Positions 20,213-29,573 of a stretch of DNA of 64,000 nucleotides are shown here, in pieces (positions within the stretch are counted from its first letter, which is position 1; the number at the start of each line of letters is the position of its first letter). The stretch is from Spirochaetota bacterium (GTDB taxonomy: Bacteria > Spirochaetota > UBA4802 > JAFGDQ01). The notes beneath the pieces were generated by a model. It ran no database searches. It saw only the letters and a list, made by a program, of their open reading frames with translations, and had not been told where the DNA came from. The position numbers and the translations under genes are program-made. Location: NCBI GenBank assembly GCA_016934735.1, contig JAFGSG010000052.1, positions 4,424 to 68,423 on the forward strand, in the 5' to 3' direction.

Positions 20213-20584
20213 TTACTTTAACAGCCGTTTAACAGTGCTTAAAAGTTTGTCAGGATGAAAGGGTTTTGTTATCCAGGCGGAAGCCCCAAGTTTTTTACAT
20301 TCAGCAAGTCTGCTGTCGTTGGACTCTGTAGTAAGCATTACGACGGGAGTAAATTTATCAATTTTTTTAAATTCCTCAAGGAATGAAATGCCATCCATAA
20401 CCGGCATATTTATATCCGTTACACATAAAGATATACCGTCTCCCTTTTCAATTATCTCTCTTATCTTTTTTAAAGCGTCTTCGCCGTTTTCAGCATGCTG
20501 AATTGCATAACCAAGATTTTTTAAAACGAGTTCAACAATTGCCCGAATTGTAAGCGAATCATCTATTATAATAATATATTGCAT
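20213..20584 (-). CDS. CheY-like single-domain response regulator
   Basis: IDDS, TDINMPVMDG, LTT and KPF motifs. Confidence 0.92.
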   Translation of the reverse strand: MQYIIIIDDSLTIRAIVELVLKNLGYAIQHAENGEDALKKIREIIEKGDGISLCVTDINMPVMDGISFLEEFKKIDKFTPVVMLTTESNDSRLAECKKLGASAWITKPFHPDKLLSTVKRLLK

Positions 20585-20685
20585 TTTTTCTTCCTGAGAA
20601 ATATATTAAATAACCATTAATACTATATCTTTTTTAAAAAAAATGCAAATAAAAAAACAAATAATTAATTTAAATTTAAAAGATG

Positions 20686-21222
20686 TTATAATGAACGGCT
20701 GATAATAGAAATAATTGCCTGAATTACTTGAGGAGCGGAATCTTTTATTCCTGCCAGTTCTTCATCAGTAAAATCAGAAAGAAGATAATCGGCCACCTCC
20801 ATTTCAGGATTTCCCGGCCTTCCGACCCCAATCCTGACTCTGTTAAAATCCGAAGATCCTACATGCTGAATAATTGAACGTATACCATTGTGTCCCTTGT
20901 GCCCTCCCCCGGATTTAATTCTGATCTCCCCAAAAGGCAGCTCGATCTCATCATGTACAACTATAAGATCTTCAACAGCGATTCCGTAATAATTTACAGC
21001 CTCGCTTACCGCACGCCCGCTATTGTTCATGAAAGTATTAGGAAAGATAAGTAGCACTTCGCTGCCTTCAATTTTTCCGCTGCCGTATTCTGACTGAAAA
21101 TTCTGCTTTTTAACAGATATATTAAAATTATCAGCAAAGATTTTACCAATAATAAAACCTGCATTATGTCTGTTCTTATTATATTTTTTTCCGGGATTGC
21201 CAAGAAAGGCGATGATCTTCAT
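20686..21222 (-). CDS. pth: peptidyl-tRNA hydrolase
   Basis: LGNPG...RHNAGF, FMNNSG, VHDE and GGHKGHNG motifs. Confidence 0.95.
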   Translation of the reverse strand: MKIIAFLGNPGKKYNKNRHNAGFIIGKIFADNFNISVKKQNFQSEYGSGKIEGSEVLLIFPNTFMNNSGRAVSEAVNYYGIAVEDLIVVHDEIELPFGEIRIKSGGGHKGHNGIRSIIQHVGSSDFNRVRIGVGRPGNPEMEVADYLLSDFTDEELAGIKDSAPQVIQAIISIISRSL

Positions 21223-21238
21223 AATATCTCCAGGCACA

Positions 21239-21763
21239 TTATTTTATTCTGTTCATCCCGATCTTTAAATATTTTTTAGCGAGATTGATATACAATTCCT
21301 TGCCATATGTCCAGAAATCCTGATCCTTTTTCTTTAATTTTCGGACAATTTTAGCAGGGTTGCCGGCAGCAACAACATTATCCGGTATTTCCTGACGTGC
21401 TTTAACAACACAGCCTTCTGCAACAATTGACCAGGCGCCAACTTTCGATTGAATGCTTAGAATTGCTCCCATGCCTATAACGCTGTTGTTCCCGATATCT
21501 TCGCAATGAATTACGGCGCCATGCCCGATCGTTACCCTTTCCCCGATATTTGAAATGCTGTCCGGCGGCGCATGCATTACAGCTCCTTCCTCGACAGCTG
21601 TTCCCGAGCCTATCTTTATGGTGCCGTAATCCCCTCTTAAAATAGCTCCATGACCTATATAGCAGTTATCCCCGATAATAACATCTCCCACAAGAATTGC
21701 TGTTTCACTTACATAAGAATCTTTGCCGATTTTCGGTTCTCTTCCGTCAAACTCATAAAGCAT
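21239..21763 (-). CDS. gamma carbonic anhydrase family (PaaY/YrdA-like) protein
   Basis: LRGDYG, hexapeptide repeats, TIGHGAVIH and GNPAK; start moved to MLYEF after an AGGAGA RBS. Confidence 0.9.
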   Translation of the reverse strand: MLYEFDGREPKIGKDSYVSETAILVGDVIIGDNCYIGHGAILRGDYGTIKIGSGTAVEEGAVMHAPPDSISNIGERVTIGHGAVIHCEDIGNNSVIGMGAILSIQSKVGAWSIVAEGCVVKARQEIPDNVVAAGNPAKIVRKLKKKDQDFWTYGKELYINLAKKYLKIGMNRIK

Positions 21764-22034
21764 TTTTTTCTCCTGTTCTGATAAGCATTTTTTATTATGT
21801 TTACCTCTAATAATTAAATATTGATGCAACCATTGGGAACAAATCAAGGTAAAAATCAGGTTTTATATTTGGAGCACCAGTAAAAACTCTGATTTTTAGA
21901 GGTTCCCTTATATTTGAATCCTTTTTATATAGTAGCGTATTTATTGATAAAACGCACTGACTCTTAATACTTTTCAGAGGCAGGAATGACAAGAAAAAAA
22001 TATCTTTATTCATTATAATAAATATTAAAAAATA

Positions 22035-22071
22035 TTGACAACTTGATTCTATTTTGCCATATTCCCAATTA
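22035..22071 (+). promoter_or_regulatory. sigma70 promoter of hgcA with overlapping 22-bp operator
   Basis: TTGACA (22035-40), 17 bp, then CATATT preceded by TG; operator TATTTTGCCATATTCCCAATTA at 22050-71. Confidence 0.7.
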
Positions 22072-22095
22072 GTCATTAATCAAAGGACTTATTAT

Positions 22096-23286
22096 ATGAA
22101 TACAATACCATTATACGACAAGCGTACCGGAAACAAAGCAGGTCAAAGCTGCTGTTACCCTCAGGCTCAAACATGCTGCATCCAGCCTGATCAAAAAGAT
22201 AAAACTATGGAAATGCCTTCAAAACAATTCAACAAAAAGCCTTCATGGATCTCGGATATAATTTTAACTTCTGCAGGGCAGGTGCCTGTTGTTGTTTCCG
22301 CGTGGTCGCGGTCCGATTTACTGGGACGCATTCGTGCCCGTATTGGATCATTCCGGATGCATTACAGCATCCCGCCGGGCCTGTACGCAATAGGAAAACC
22401 GGACGCAAACTCCGATGTATTCGTGAGCGCTAATTATAAACTCAGCTTTGATATACTGCGCCGTGAACTTGAGGGCATAAACGGCTGGATACTCGTACTA
22501 GATACGAAAAGCATAAATGTATGGTGCGCTGCCGGCAAAGGGACTTTCGGCACAGACGAGCTTGTACGACAGATCGCCGGCACAAATCTCGCGGGTATTG
22601 TTTCACACCGAAGGATCATTGTGCCTCAGCTTGGTGCTGTTGGTGTAAAGGCATCTGAAGTTAAAAACAGAACAGGCTTTAGTGTTTTATTTGGCCCAGT
22701 CGAAGCAAAGGATATCAGGGAATACATCCGCTTAAATTACAAAGCTTCCGTTAAAATGAGAATGGCTGATTTTTCATTAATGAAAAGGATTGAGCTGATC
22801 CCTGTAGAATTGAACCCAGCATTAAAAAAATACCCGTTTGCCGCAATTATAATTTTATTGCTTTTTGGGCTTGAACCTTCAGGAATAATTTTCCGCACTT
22901 CATGGATTGAAGGTTGGCCGTTCCTTTTGCTGGCATTGGCAGGAATTTTCACCGGTGCTTTTGCAACTCCTGTACTTTTGTCTGTAATCCCATTCAGGTC
23001 ATTTGCCCTAAAAGGGACTATAACCGGCCTGATCGCCGGCATCCCGCTGGTTTATTTCACTTCCATGTTTAGCAATGATTCCGGTATGCTTAAGGCCGCC
23101 GGTATTGTATTTATTACCGTATTGTCGTCATATCTGGCCCTGCAATTTACTGGAGCAACAACATTCACTGGCATCTCCGGGGTAAAGAAAGAAATTAAAT
23201 TTGCCCTTCCGCTTTTTATTGCAGGACTAACTGCATCTTTAATATTTATAATCATTCATAAGTTAAATATTTGGGGGGTTATATGA
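22096..23286 (+). CDS. hgcA: mercury methylation corrinoid protein HgcA
   Basis: Cap-helix motif NVWCAAGKG, ANYKLSFD, C-terminal TM helices with FTGATTFTGISGVKKE; hgcB follows directly. Start at ATG 22096 after AAGGA. Confidence 0.97.
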   Translation: MNTIPLYDKRTGNKAGQSCCYPQAQTCCIQPDQKDKTMEMPSKQFNKKPSWISDIILTSAGQVPVVVSAWSRSDLLGRIRARIGSFRMHYSIPPGLYAIGKPDANSDVFVSANYKLSFDILRRELEGINGWILVLDTKSINVWCAAGKGTFGTDELVRQIAGTNLAGIVSHRRIIVPQLGAVGVKASEVKNRTGFSVLFGPVEAKDIREYIRLNYKASVKMRMADFSLMKRIELIPVELNPALKKYPFAAIIILLLFGLEPSGIIFRTSWIEGWPFLLLALAGIFTGAFATPVLLSVIPFRSFALKGTITGLIAGIPLVYFTSMFSNDSGMLKAAGIVFITVLSSYLALQFTGATTFTGISGVKKEIKFALPLFIAGLTASLIFIIIHKLNIWGVI

Positions 23287-23579
23287 CATATCTTAGAAAA
23301 GTAACAACATTGAATTATAATCCGCAAAGATGTACAGGCTGCGGCCGCTGTGTTGAAGTGTGTCCCCGCAATGTATTTGAAATGCGCGATAAAAAAGCGG
23401 TCATTACTGACAAAGACCGGTGTCTTGAGTGCGGAGCATGCGCCTTAAACTGCGATTTCAGCGCGATCTCCGTGAACGCCAGCGCAGGTTGCGCTGCTGC
23501 GGTTATACGGGGAATGCTTACCGGTACAGAACCGGTGTGCGGATGCGGCGATAATTCAGGTAAAGTCGCCTGCTGCTGA
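23283..23579 (+). CDS. hgcB: mercury methylation 2[4Fe-4S] ferredoxin HgcB
   Basis: CTGCGRCVEVCP and CLECGACALNC clusters, GCAAA and a C-terminal CC; ATGA overlap with hgcA. Confidence 0.97.
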   Translation: MTYLRKVTTLNYNPQRCTGCGRCVEVCPRNVFEMRDKKAVITDKDRCLECGACALNCDFSAISVNASAGCAAAVIRGMLTGTEPVCGCGDNSGKVACC

Positions 23580-23602
23580 AATATTACACTAAGGACAATT
23601 AT

Positions 23603-23950
23603 ATGAAACAGAAATTAAATCCGCAATACGAAGCGCGGGCTAACATTATTAAGGCTATGGGACATCCCACAAGGCTTTTTATTCTTGAGGAAATATACAA
23701 AAACGAACGTTGCGTTAACGAATTGACTGAAATGATTGGGTCTGATATTTCAACCGTATCCAAGCATCTGAGCATTTTAAAAAATTCCGGACTTGTTCTT
23801 GACGAGAAACGAGGCAATAATATTTATTATAAATTGCGCACGCGCTGTATTATCGACTTCATAGGATGTATTGAAACTGTTATTAAAACAAAAATTGAAG
23901 ATGATATTCAGATCGCTCAATGTTGCGGCATCAGCTTTAAAAGAAAATAA
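23603..23950 (+). CDS. ArsR/SmtB family transcriptional regulator
   Basis: KAMGHPTRL, ERCVNEL and STVSKHL motifs; additional Cys near the C-terminus including CC. Confidence 0.92.
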   Translation: MKQKLNPQYEARANIIKAMGHPTRLFILEEIYKNERCVNELTEMIGSDISTVSKHLSILKNSGLVLDEKRGNNIYYKLRTRCIIDFIGCIETVIKTKIEDDIQIAQCCGISFKRK

Positions 23951-24028
23951 AACTTCCGGGATGCAGTATTTGAAAAGTATAATTAAAGTATTCAACATAA
24001 CAAAAAATAAATTCACAGGGAGATAGTC

Positions 24029-24343
24029 ATGTTAGGAGTAACTGATTCAGCCGTAAAAGAATTAAAAAAAATTATTTCGGATTCCAATGGTACCGGTATC
24101 CGTGTTTTCGCGTCCCAGGGATGCTGCGGACCCTCTTACGGCTTTGATTTAACCGAAAATGGAAATGACGGAGATAGCCTGCTGGAGAAAGATGGCCTCA
24201 AAATATTTATAGACCCTGCTGCCTCCAACAGCCTTGATAATGCCACAATTGATTTTGTTGAAGAAGGATCGCATAACGGCTTCATGATACAGGGATTGCC
24301 CGAACCTAATGCATGCTCCGGATCCGGCGGATGCTGCTGCTGA
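24029..24343 (+). CDS. HesB/IscA-like protein, Cys-rich
   Basis: VTDSA...IRVF...GCCGPS...ATIDF; C-terminal CSGSGGCCC. Confidence 0.8.
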   Translation: MLGVTDSAVKELKKIISDSNGTGIRVFASQGCCGPSYGFDLTENGNDGDSLLEKDGLKIFIDPAASNSLDNATIDFVEEGSHNGFMIQGLPEPNACSGSGGCCC

Positions 24344-24368
24344 TTATTTTTTATTATTAAGAAATAAT

Positions 24369-24405
24369 TTGACATGCTGCGTATATTTTGCTATATTACC
24401 AAATA
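24369..24405 (+). promoter_or_regulatory. sigma70 promoter of the second arsR with the same 22-bp operator
   Basis: TTGACA (24369-74), 17 bp, then TATATT preceded by TG; operator TATTTTGCTATATTACCAAATA at 24384-24405, same geometry as the hgcA promoter. Confidence 0.75.
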
Positions 24406-24417
24406 AGAATATATAAA

Positions 24418-24750
24418 ATGATTAAACAAACACAATCTCTATATGAAGCAAGAGCGGCGATAATCAAGGCACTGGCTCATCCGACCAGGCTTTTTATTGT
24501 TGAAATGCTTCAGAAGAGGGATTACAACGTTGGCGAACTCGTAGAGATGATAGGTGCTGATTTTTCAACCGTTTCTAAACATCTCACAACATTAAAAAAT
24601 TCGGGCCTTGTTTCGGATGAAAGGAAGGGCACTACAATATATTACCATCTTAAAACGCCATGCATTCTTAATTTCATCGGATGCGTAGAAGAAGTTCTTC
24701 AGATAAATGCCGATGAAAAATTAAACGTCTTATCGTATTGCAGGAAATAA
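24418..24750 (+). CDS. ArsR/SmtB family transcriptional regulator (paralog of 23603)
   Basis: YEARAAIIKALAHPTRL, STVSKHL and PCILNFIGC motifs; start moved to ATG 24418. Confidence 0.92.
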   Translation: MIKQTQSLYEARAAIIKALAHPTRLFIVEMLQKRDYNVGELVEMIGADFSTVSKHLTTLKNSGLVSDERKGTTIYYHLKTPCILNFIGCVEEVLQINADEKLNVLSYCRK

Positions 24751-24764
24751 TTTTTTATTGTTTC

Positions 24765-24786
24765 TATTTGAATATTTCGGCAAATA
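24765..24786. promoter_or_regulatory. third copy of the 22-bp operator, upstream of the permease
   Basis: TATTTGAATATTTCGGCAAATA (TATTTG-N10-CAAATA). Confidence 0.6.
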
Positions 24787-24821
24787 ATCATATATTATAA
24801 TTTTATTGATTGGAGTACTTT

Positions 24822-26120
24822 ATGAACTGGAAAGACGAATGGAAACCATTGCTTTGGATCGTGGCAGGATTTTTATTTTTATTTTACCTGCCTGTTGGAA
24901 TACCAAGGTTTGATAATGCAATTTTTGAAGCATTGTATCTTGTAAAATGGTACGCGGAAGAGCATGTTTTGCTCTGCCTTGTTCCTGCATTTTTCATTGC
25001 GGGAGCTATTGCTGTATTCATAAGCCAGGAATCTGTAATGAAATACCTGGGGCCTGCAGCCAATAAAATACTCTCTTACGGAGTATCTTCAGTCTCGGGA
25101 ACTGTTCTTGCAGTATGTTCGTGCACAGTGCTTCCGCTTTTCTCGGGCATTTACCGCATGGGAGCAGGACTCGGGCCTGCGACTGCGTTTCTTTACTCTG
25201 GTCCTGCCATCAATGTGCTTGCGATTGTTCTTACAGCGCGAATACTCGGCATGGAGATCGGCATTGCAAGAGCAGTAGGCGCTGTACTCTTCAGCATAAT
25301 TATTGGCCTCATAATGCATTTCATTTACAGAAAAGAAGAAATAGCAAAGATCAATGCCGCAAAGAATATGCCAGTACCGGAAGTTAAGCGCGCTTTATGG
25401 AAGAATATAATTTATTTCGCTGCAATGATAGCGATACTGGTTTTCGCGAACTGGGGAAAACCCGTAGAAGCCAGCGGTTTGTGGTATTCAATATTCAATC
25501 TCAAATGGTTCATAACGGGAATTATTTCAATTATTTTTGCTATTGTGCTTATCGCATGGTTTGAATTCGCATGGTGGAAGATTTTGCTGGCAGCTGTTCC
25601 CGTAGCAGCTCTCTCCGCTGTATTCCCCGAACATCCGCTTATCGCGTTTACCGCGGGCGCAATCGGATTATCGGTCATCACAAGCACATCTAAAGGCAAA
25701 GCGAATGACTGGTTCGCGTCAGTATGGGGATTCGCTAAGCAGATACTCCCTTTATTGCTTTTCGGAGTTCTTATCGCCGGTTTTGCTCTCGGCAGACCGG
25801 GACATGAAGGAATAATTCCAAACCAATGGGTGGCATGGGCAGTAGGTGGTAATTCGCTGTTCTCGAATTTCTTCGCGTCAATTGCCGGAGCATTCATGTA
25901 CTTCGCAACCCTCACTGAAGTACCGATCGTGCAGGGGCTTATCGGCAGCGGCATGGGCAAAGGCCCCGCACTCGCTCTTTTGCTTGCGGGTCCAGCGCTT
26001 TCGCTTCCGAGCATGCTTGTAATTAAAAGCGTTATCGGCTGGAAAAAAACGCTGGTATTCGTAAGCCTTGTGGTAGTTATGGCAACAATTTCGGGTATGG
26101 TTTTTGGCGCATTTTTTTAA
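24822..26120 (+). CDS. arsP: ArsP/DUF318 family permease
   Basis: EHVLLCLVPAFF, LAVCSCTVLP, FLYSGPAIN, YFATLTEVP and GPALSLP motifs. Confidence 0.85.
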   Translation: MNWKDEWKPLLWIVAGFLFLFYLPVGIPRFDNAIFEALYLVKWYAEEHVLLCLVPAFFIAGAIAVFISQESVMKYLGPAANKILSYGVSSVSGTVLAVCSCTVLPLFSGIYRMGAGLGPATAFLYSGPAINVLAIVLTARILGMEIGIARAVGAVLFSIIIGLIMHFIYRKEEIAKINAAKNMPVPEVKRALWKNIIYFAAMIAILVFANWGKPVEASGLWYSIFNLKWFITGIISIIFAIVLIAWFEFAWWKILLAAVPVAALSAVFPEHPLIAFTAGAIGLSVITSTSKGKANDWFASVWGFAKQILPLLLFGVLIAGFALGRPGHEGIIPNQWVAWAVGGNSLFSNFFASIAGAFMYFATLTEVPIVQGLIGSGMGKGPALALLLAGPALSLPSMLVIKSVIGWKKTLVFVSLVVVMATISGMVFGAFF

Positions 26121-26162
26121 TTTAACAATAATAATTAATATATTATAAGGAGTAGATAATTT

Positions 26163-26396
26163 ATGAAAAAAATACAAATTCTCGGCACAGGCTGTCCAAA
26201 GTGCATGAAACTTGAAGAAGTTTCCAGAAAGGCCGCAGATGAACTCGGCATTGAATATGAGATGGAGAAAGTAAAGGACATTAACAAAATCATGGAATTC
26301 GGCGTTATGATGACTCCCGCGCTTGTAGTGGATGGGGAAGTAAAGGTTGTGGGTAAAGTTCCTTCAACAGAAGACATAAAAAAATACATCCAATAA
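26163..26396 (+). CDS. small redox-active disulfide protein (MTH895/TM0996 thioredoxin-like)
   Basis: ILGTGCPKC and GVMMTPALVVDG motifs. Confidence 0.92.
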   Translation: MKKIQILGTGCPKCMKLEEVSRKAADELGIEYEMEKVKDINKIMEFGVMMTPALVVDGEVKVVGKVPSTEDIKKYIQ

Positions 26397-26412
26397 TTAC
26401 AGGAGACCATAT

Positions 26413-26820
26413 ATGGCAGATAATTGCTGTTCAACAGAAGAAATAAAACTTCTATATTCCTGCTCAGGCACAGCAGATGTAGGCGAAGTCGCTGACAAGG
26501 CAACGCGCAAGCTGCGCGATCAGGGATTCGGCCGCATGTCATGCCTTGCGGCAATTGGAGCAGATCTTTCCGGATACATTGAATCAGCAAAGGGAGCATA
26601 CGAAAACATCGCGATAAACGGATGTCCTACTCAATGTGCTACAAAAACACTTGAGCGGATTGGCGTTACACCAACATCCTTCGTTCTTACGGATATGGGT
26701 TTTAAAAAAGGCAAATCTCCTGTCACAGATGAAGCTGTAGATAAAATACTAAGCCTGGTTAAATTTGTTCCCATGCCTGGTATATCAGCTGGAGGTTGCG
26801 CTTGCGGAGGCAATTGCTGA
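26413..26820 (+). CDS. DGC-domain putative zinc-binding protein
   Basis: YSCSGTADVGE, MSCLAAIG and INGCPTQCA motifs; CC at the N-terminus and CACGGNC at the C-terminus. Confidence 0.88.
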   Translation: MADNCCSTEEIKLLYSCSGTADVGEVADKATRKLRDQGFGRMSCLAAIGADLSGYIESAKGAYENIAINGCPTQCATKTLERIGVTPTSFVLTDMGFKKGKSPVTDEAVDKILSLVKFVPMPGISAGGCACGGNC

Positions 26821-26982
26821 TTTTTTGTATTAACTCGCGATTTATTGATTAATGTCAGTTTACAAAGCCACTCTTTAAATACTGGATTAATCAATTTACC
26901 ATAAAAATAAATACACCATTTGCAGATGCGTGGGTAGTAAGGTAAATAAAAATACTCGATAAATATTTAAGGAGATTAAAGC

Positions 26983-27504
26983 ATGAAGCTTTTCAAAAGG
27001 TTTATAGTGATAGCTGTGATTGCCGCTTTTGCAGTTATAGCGGGTAATGTTAGTTTCGATTATTCCTGCGATTGCGGGACTGTGTCATTCCCCTTCACAC
27101 TTATCACAAAAATATTTGATACTGCGGCGGAGACCCCTGCCGATGAGACTCACAAACATGAAACAGATGGAGCGGCTTCCCTTCTGGGCGGAGTCGCCTT
27201 TGCGCAGCAAAAGGGCGCTAAAATCAAAGTAACATTTATAGAACTCGGCTCAGTCAACTGCATCCCTTGCAGAATGATGCAGCCTGTAATGAAGCAGATT
27301 GAACAGAAATATGGAAGCCAGGTGAAGGTTGTTTTTCACGATGTATGGACAGAGAAGGGAGCGCCTTATGCCCGCACATACGGCATTAGAGCAATCCCTA
27401 CGCAGGTTTATCTGGATAGCAACGGCAGGGAATTTGCGCGTCATGAGGGCTTTCATCCTTTTGAAGAAGTAGAAAAAATTCTGAGAAAGGGAGGCGTCCG
27501 CTGA
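26983..27504 (+). CDS. exported thioredoxin family protein
   Basis: Signal-like N-terminus; ELGSVNCIPCRMM and IRAIPTQ motifs. Confidence 0.88.
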   Translation: MKLFKRFIVIAVIAAFAVIAGNVSFDYSCDCGTVSFPFTLITKIFDTAAETPADETHKHETDGAASLLGGVAFAQQKGAKIKVTFIELGSVNCIPCRMMQPVMKQIEQKYGSQVKVVFHDVWTEKGAPYARTYGIRAIPTQVYLDSNGREFARHEGFHPFEEVEKILRKGGVR

Positions 27505-28226
27505 TGATACTTGAGTTCTTCACCGCGCTCTCAAACATGCTTAACTCATCTCCCGGTATAGCTATCGCAGGATCCTTTCTGTGGGGAATTGCCAGCATAA
27601 TACTGTCGCCATGCCATCTCGCGAGCATTCCACTTGTAGTGGGATTTATAGACAAGCAGGGAAGCATCAGTACCGAAAGGGCAGCAGCAATATCAACGCT
27701 TTTTTCCTTAGGCATACTTATCACTATAGGCCTTGTGGGTCTTATCACAGGCATTCTTGGAAGAATGCTTGGAGATGTGGGGCAGTATGGAAATATTTTC
27801 GTAGCGGTTATTCTTATAGTTGTAGGCCTTTATCTTATGGGAATAATCCGGCTCCCTTTTCTTGAAAACGGGGTGAACCAGCCCGGTATGAAGAAGAAAG
27901 GGCTATTTGCCGCTTTTCTGCTCGGGCTCATATTCGGGCTCGCGCTCGGCCCATGCACATTCGCTTACATGGCACCGATGCTGGGCGTTGCTTTTACGGT
28001 TGCATCGTCAAATCTTCCTTATGCAGTTGCTCTTGTCGCTGCGTATGCGATCGGGCATTGTCTCGTAATTATTATCGCGGGCACATTTACCGAAACGGTC
28101 AATCATCTGCTTCGATGGAACGACGAATCGAAGGGAGCTGTAATTGTTAAAAAAATCTGCGGAATGCTTGTAATTATTGCGGGCATTTATATGCTTATAA
28201 CTGCCGTAAAAATTTATACTGGCTAA
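27504..28226 (+). CDS. ccdA: CcdA/DsbD-beta transmembrane electron transporter
   Basis: LSPCHLASIP and GPCTFAY catalytic Cys motifs. Confidence 0.85.
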   Translation: MILEFFTALSNMLNSSPGIAIAGSFLWGIASIILSPCHLASIPLVVGFIDKQGSISTERAAAISTLFSLGILITIGLVGLITGILGRMLGDVGQYGNIFVAVILIVVGLYLMGIIRLPFLENGVNQPGMKKKGLFAAFLLGLIFGLALGPCTFAYMAPMLGVAFTVASSNLPYAVALVAAYAIGHCLVIIIAGTFTETVNHLLRWNDESKGAVIVKKICGMLVIIAGIYMLITAVKIYTG

Positions 28227-28229
28227 GTT

Positions 28230-29492
28230 ATGAATATAAACAGATTAATTATATTTTTTATCCTTGCTGCTTCGCTTGCAGGACTTATTCTCAGCGCGCT
28301 TTTAATACTGGAGTATTTCGGCCTTGCGTCTGCCGCTGCTGATGTCGTATGCGAGCGGGGAAGCGGCGTTAACTCCTGCACGATCGTATCCGCAAGCCCT
28401 TTCGCTTCCATAAAAGGAGTTCCGCTTATCGGTGATGTGCCGACAGCGGTTTTCGGTTTTATGTTTTACGGATTCATCGCTGTAATAACGTTTATGCATA
28501 TTATCAGGCGAAATGACGATGAAAATATGCAGATATATCTGTTAATATTAATTCTATCCGCTATTGCAATTGTGGGAGATATCGCCCTGAACCTTATATC
28601 TGTATTTATCATAAAATTCCTCTGCCCGTTGTGTTCCATGACTTATGCCGCAACTGCAGTTATTATAATATCTTCCGTTATTTTAGTAAAGAACAATCGA
28701 ATCTTTACAGGAAAACCAATTATAATCCAAATGAAAAAATATTTTATGAAACACATTCTGAATTATGTCGTTATTGCGTTTGTATTTGCTGCTGTCGGCA
28801 TAAGCATAGGCCATGGAGCGCGTGCGATAGCACAGACAAAAAAAGCTTCGACTTATGAAGAGCGTCTCCAGAAAGCCATCCGCCAGTACGAAACGGCAAA
28901 ACCAATAAATTTATCTTTAGACGAAACACCTGTATCAGGGAAGCCGGCTGCTCTGGCTAAATTTGTTATATTCTTTGATTTTACATGTGTTCACTGCAGG
29001 ACTGAATTTTTAGTGTTTGAAAAATTGATAAAAAAATATCCTGACGAGATGTCGGTTGCTTTTAAATTTTTCCCTTTAAACGGCCATTGCGGCATGCTGC
29101 AAAAAGGAAGAGACGACAGGGAAGCCGATGCATGCATTGCCTCCGCAGCTGCTTTCTGCGCGCACAATCAGGGGAAATTCATGGAATACGCGAAAATACT
29201 TTTCGAGAGTTATCACTTTAAAGACATGGAATTCTCGATAGAAACCGTCAGGAAAGCAGCAAAAAATGCAGGGCTTGACCCTGCAGGCTTTGACCTGTGT
29301 TTCGGATCACGGACAGCCATCGAATTCGTAAGAACGCAATATATGGAAACGGAAGCTCTCAATATAAACAGCACACCGACTCTTTTTTTAAACGGGAAAA
29401 AACTGACCGCGGGGTCGCGCAAAGAAGATATAATTGAAGGGCTTATAAGGTACTGTATTGAAAAAAATAAACAGGCCAGAAAAGAAGATTAA
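28230..29492 (+). CDS. VKOR-DsbA fusion protein
   Basis: VC...NSCTIVSASPFA and CPLC (VKOR); FFDFTCVHC and STPTLFLNG (DsbA/thioredoxin fold). Confidence 0.88.
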   Translation: MNINRLIIFFILAASLAGLILSALLILEYFGLASAAADVVCERGSGVNSCTIVSASPFASIKGVPLIGDVPTAVFGFMFYGFIAVITFMHIIRRNDDENMQIYLLILILSAIAIVGDIALNLISVFIIKFLCPLCSMTYAATAVIIISSVILVKNNRIFTGKPIIIQMKKYFMKHILNYVVIAFVFAAVGISIGHGARAIAQTKKASTYEERLQKAIRQYETAKPINLSLDETPVSGKPAALAKFVIFFDFTCVHCRTEFLVFEKLIKKYPDEMSVAFKFFPLNGHCGMLQKGRDDREADACIASAAAFCAHNQGKFMEYAKILFESYHFKDMEFSIETVRKAAKNAGLDPAGFDLCFGSRTAIEFVRTQYMETEALNINSTPTLFLNGKKLTAGSRKEDIIEGLIRYCIEKNKQARKED

Positions 29493-29573
29493 GCGGAATG
29501 CGTCTAAAAAAATATATACTTGAGGATCACTTTGCATAAATTTTAAATACCATATCACCATATGGAGGATCAT

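Noticed and set aside
22516-22545. Sec-containing HgcA cap helix
   Set aside because: The codon is TGC (NVWCAAGKG), an ordinary Cys.
24029-24343. HesB-like selenoprotein
   Set aside because: The position that is Sec in some family members is encoded as TGC TGC (GCCGP) here.
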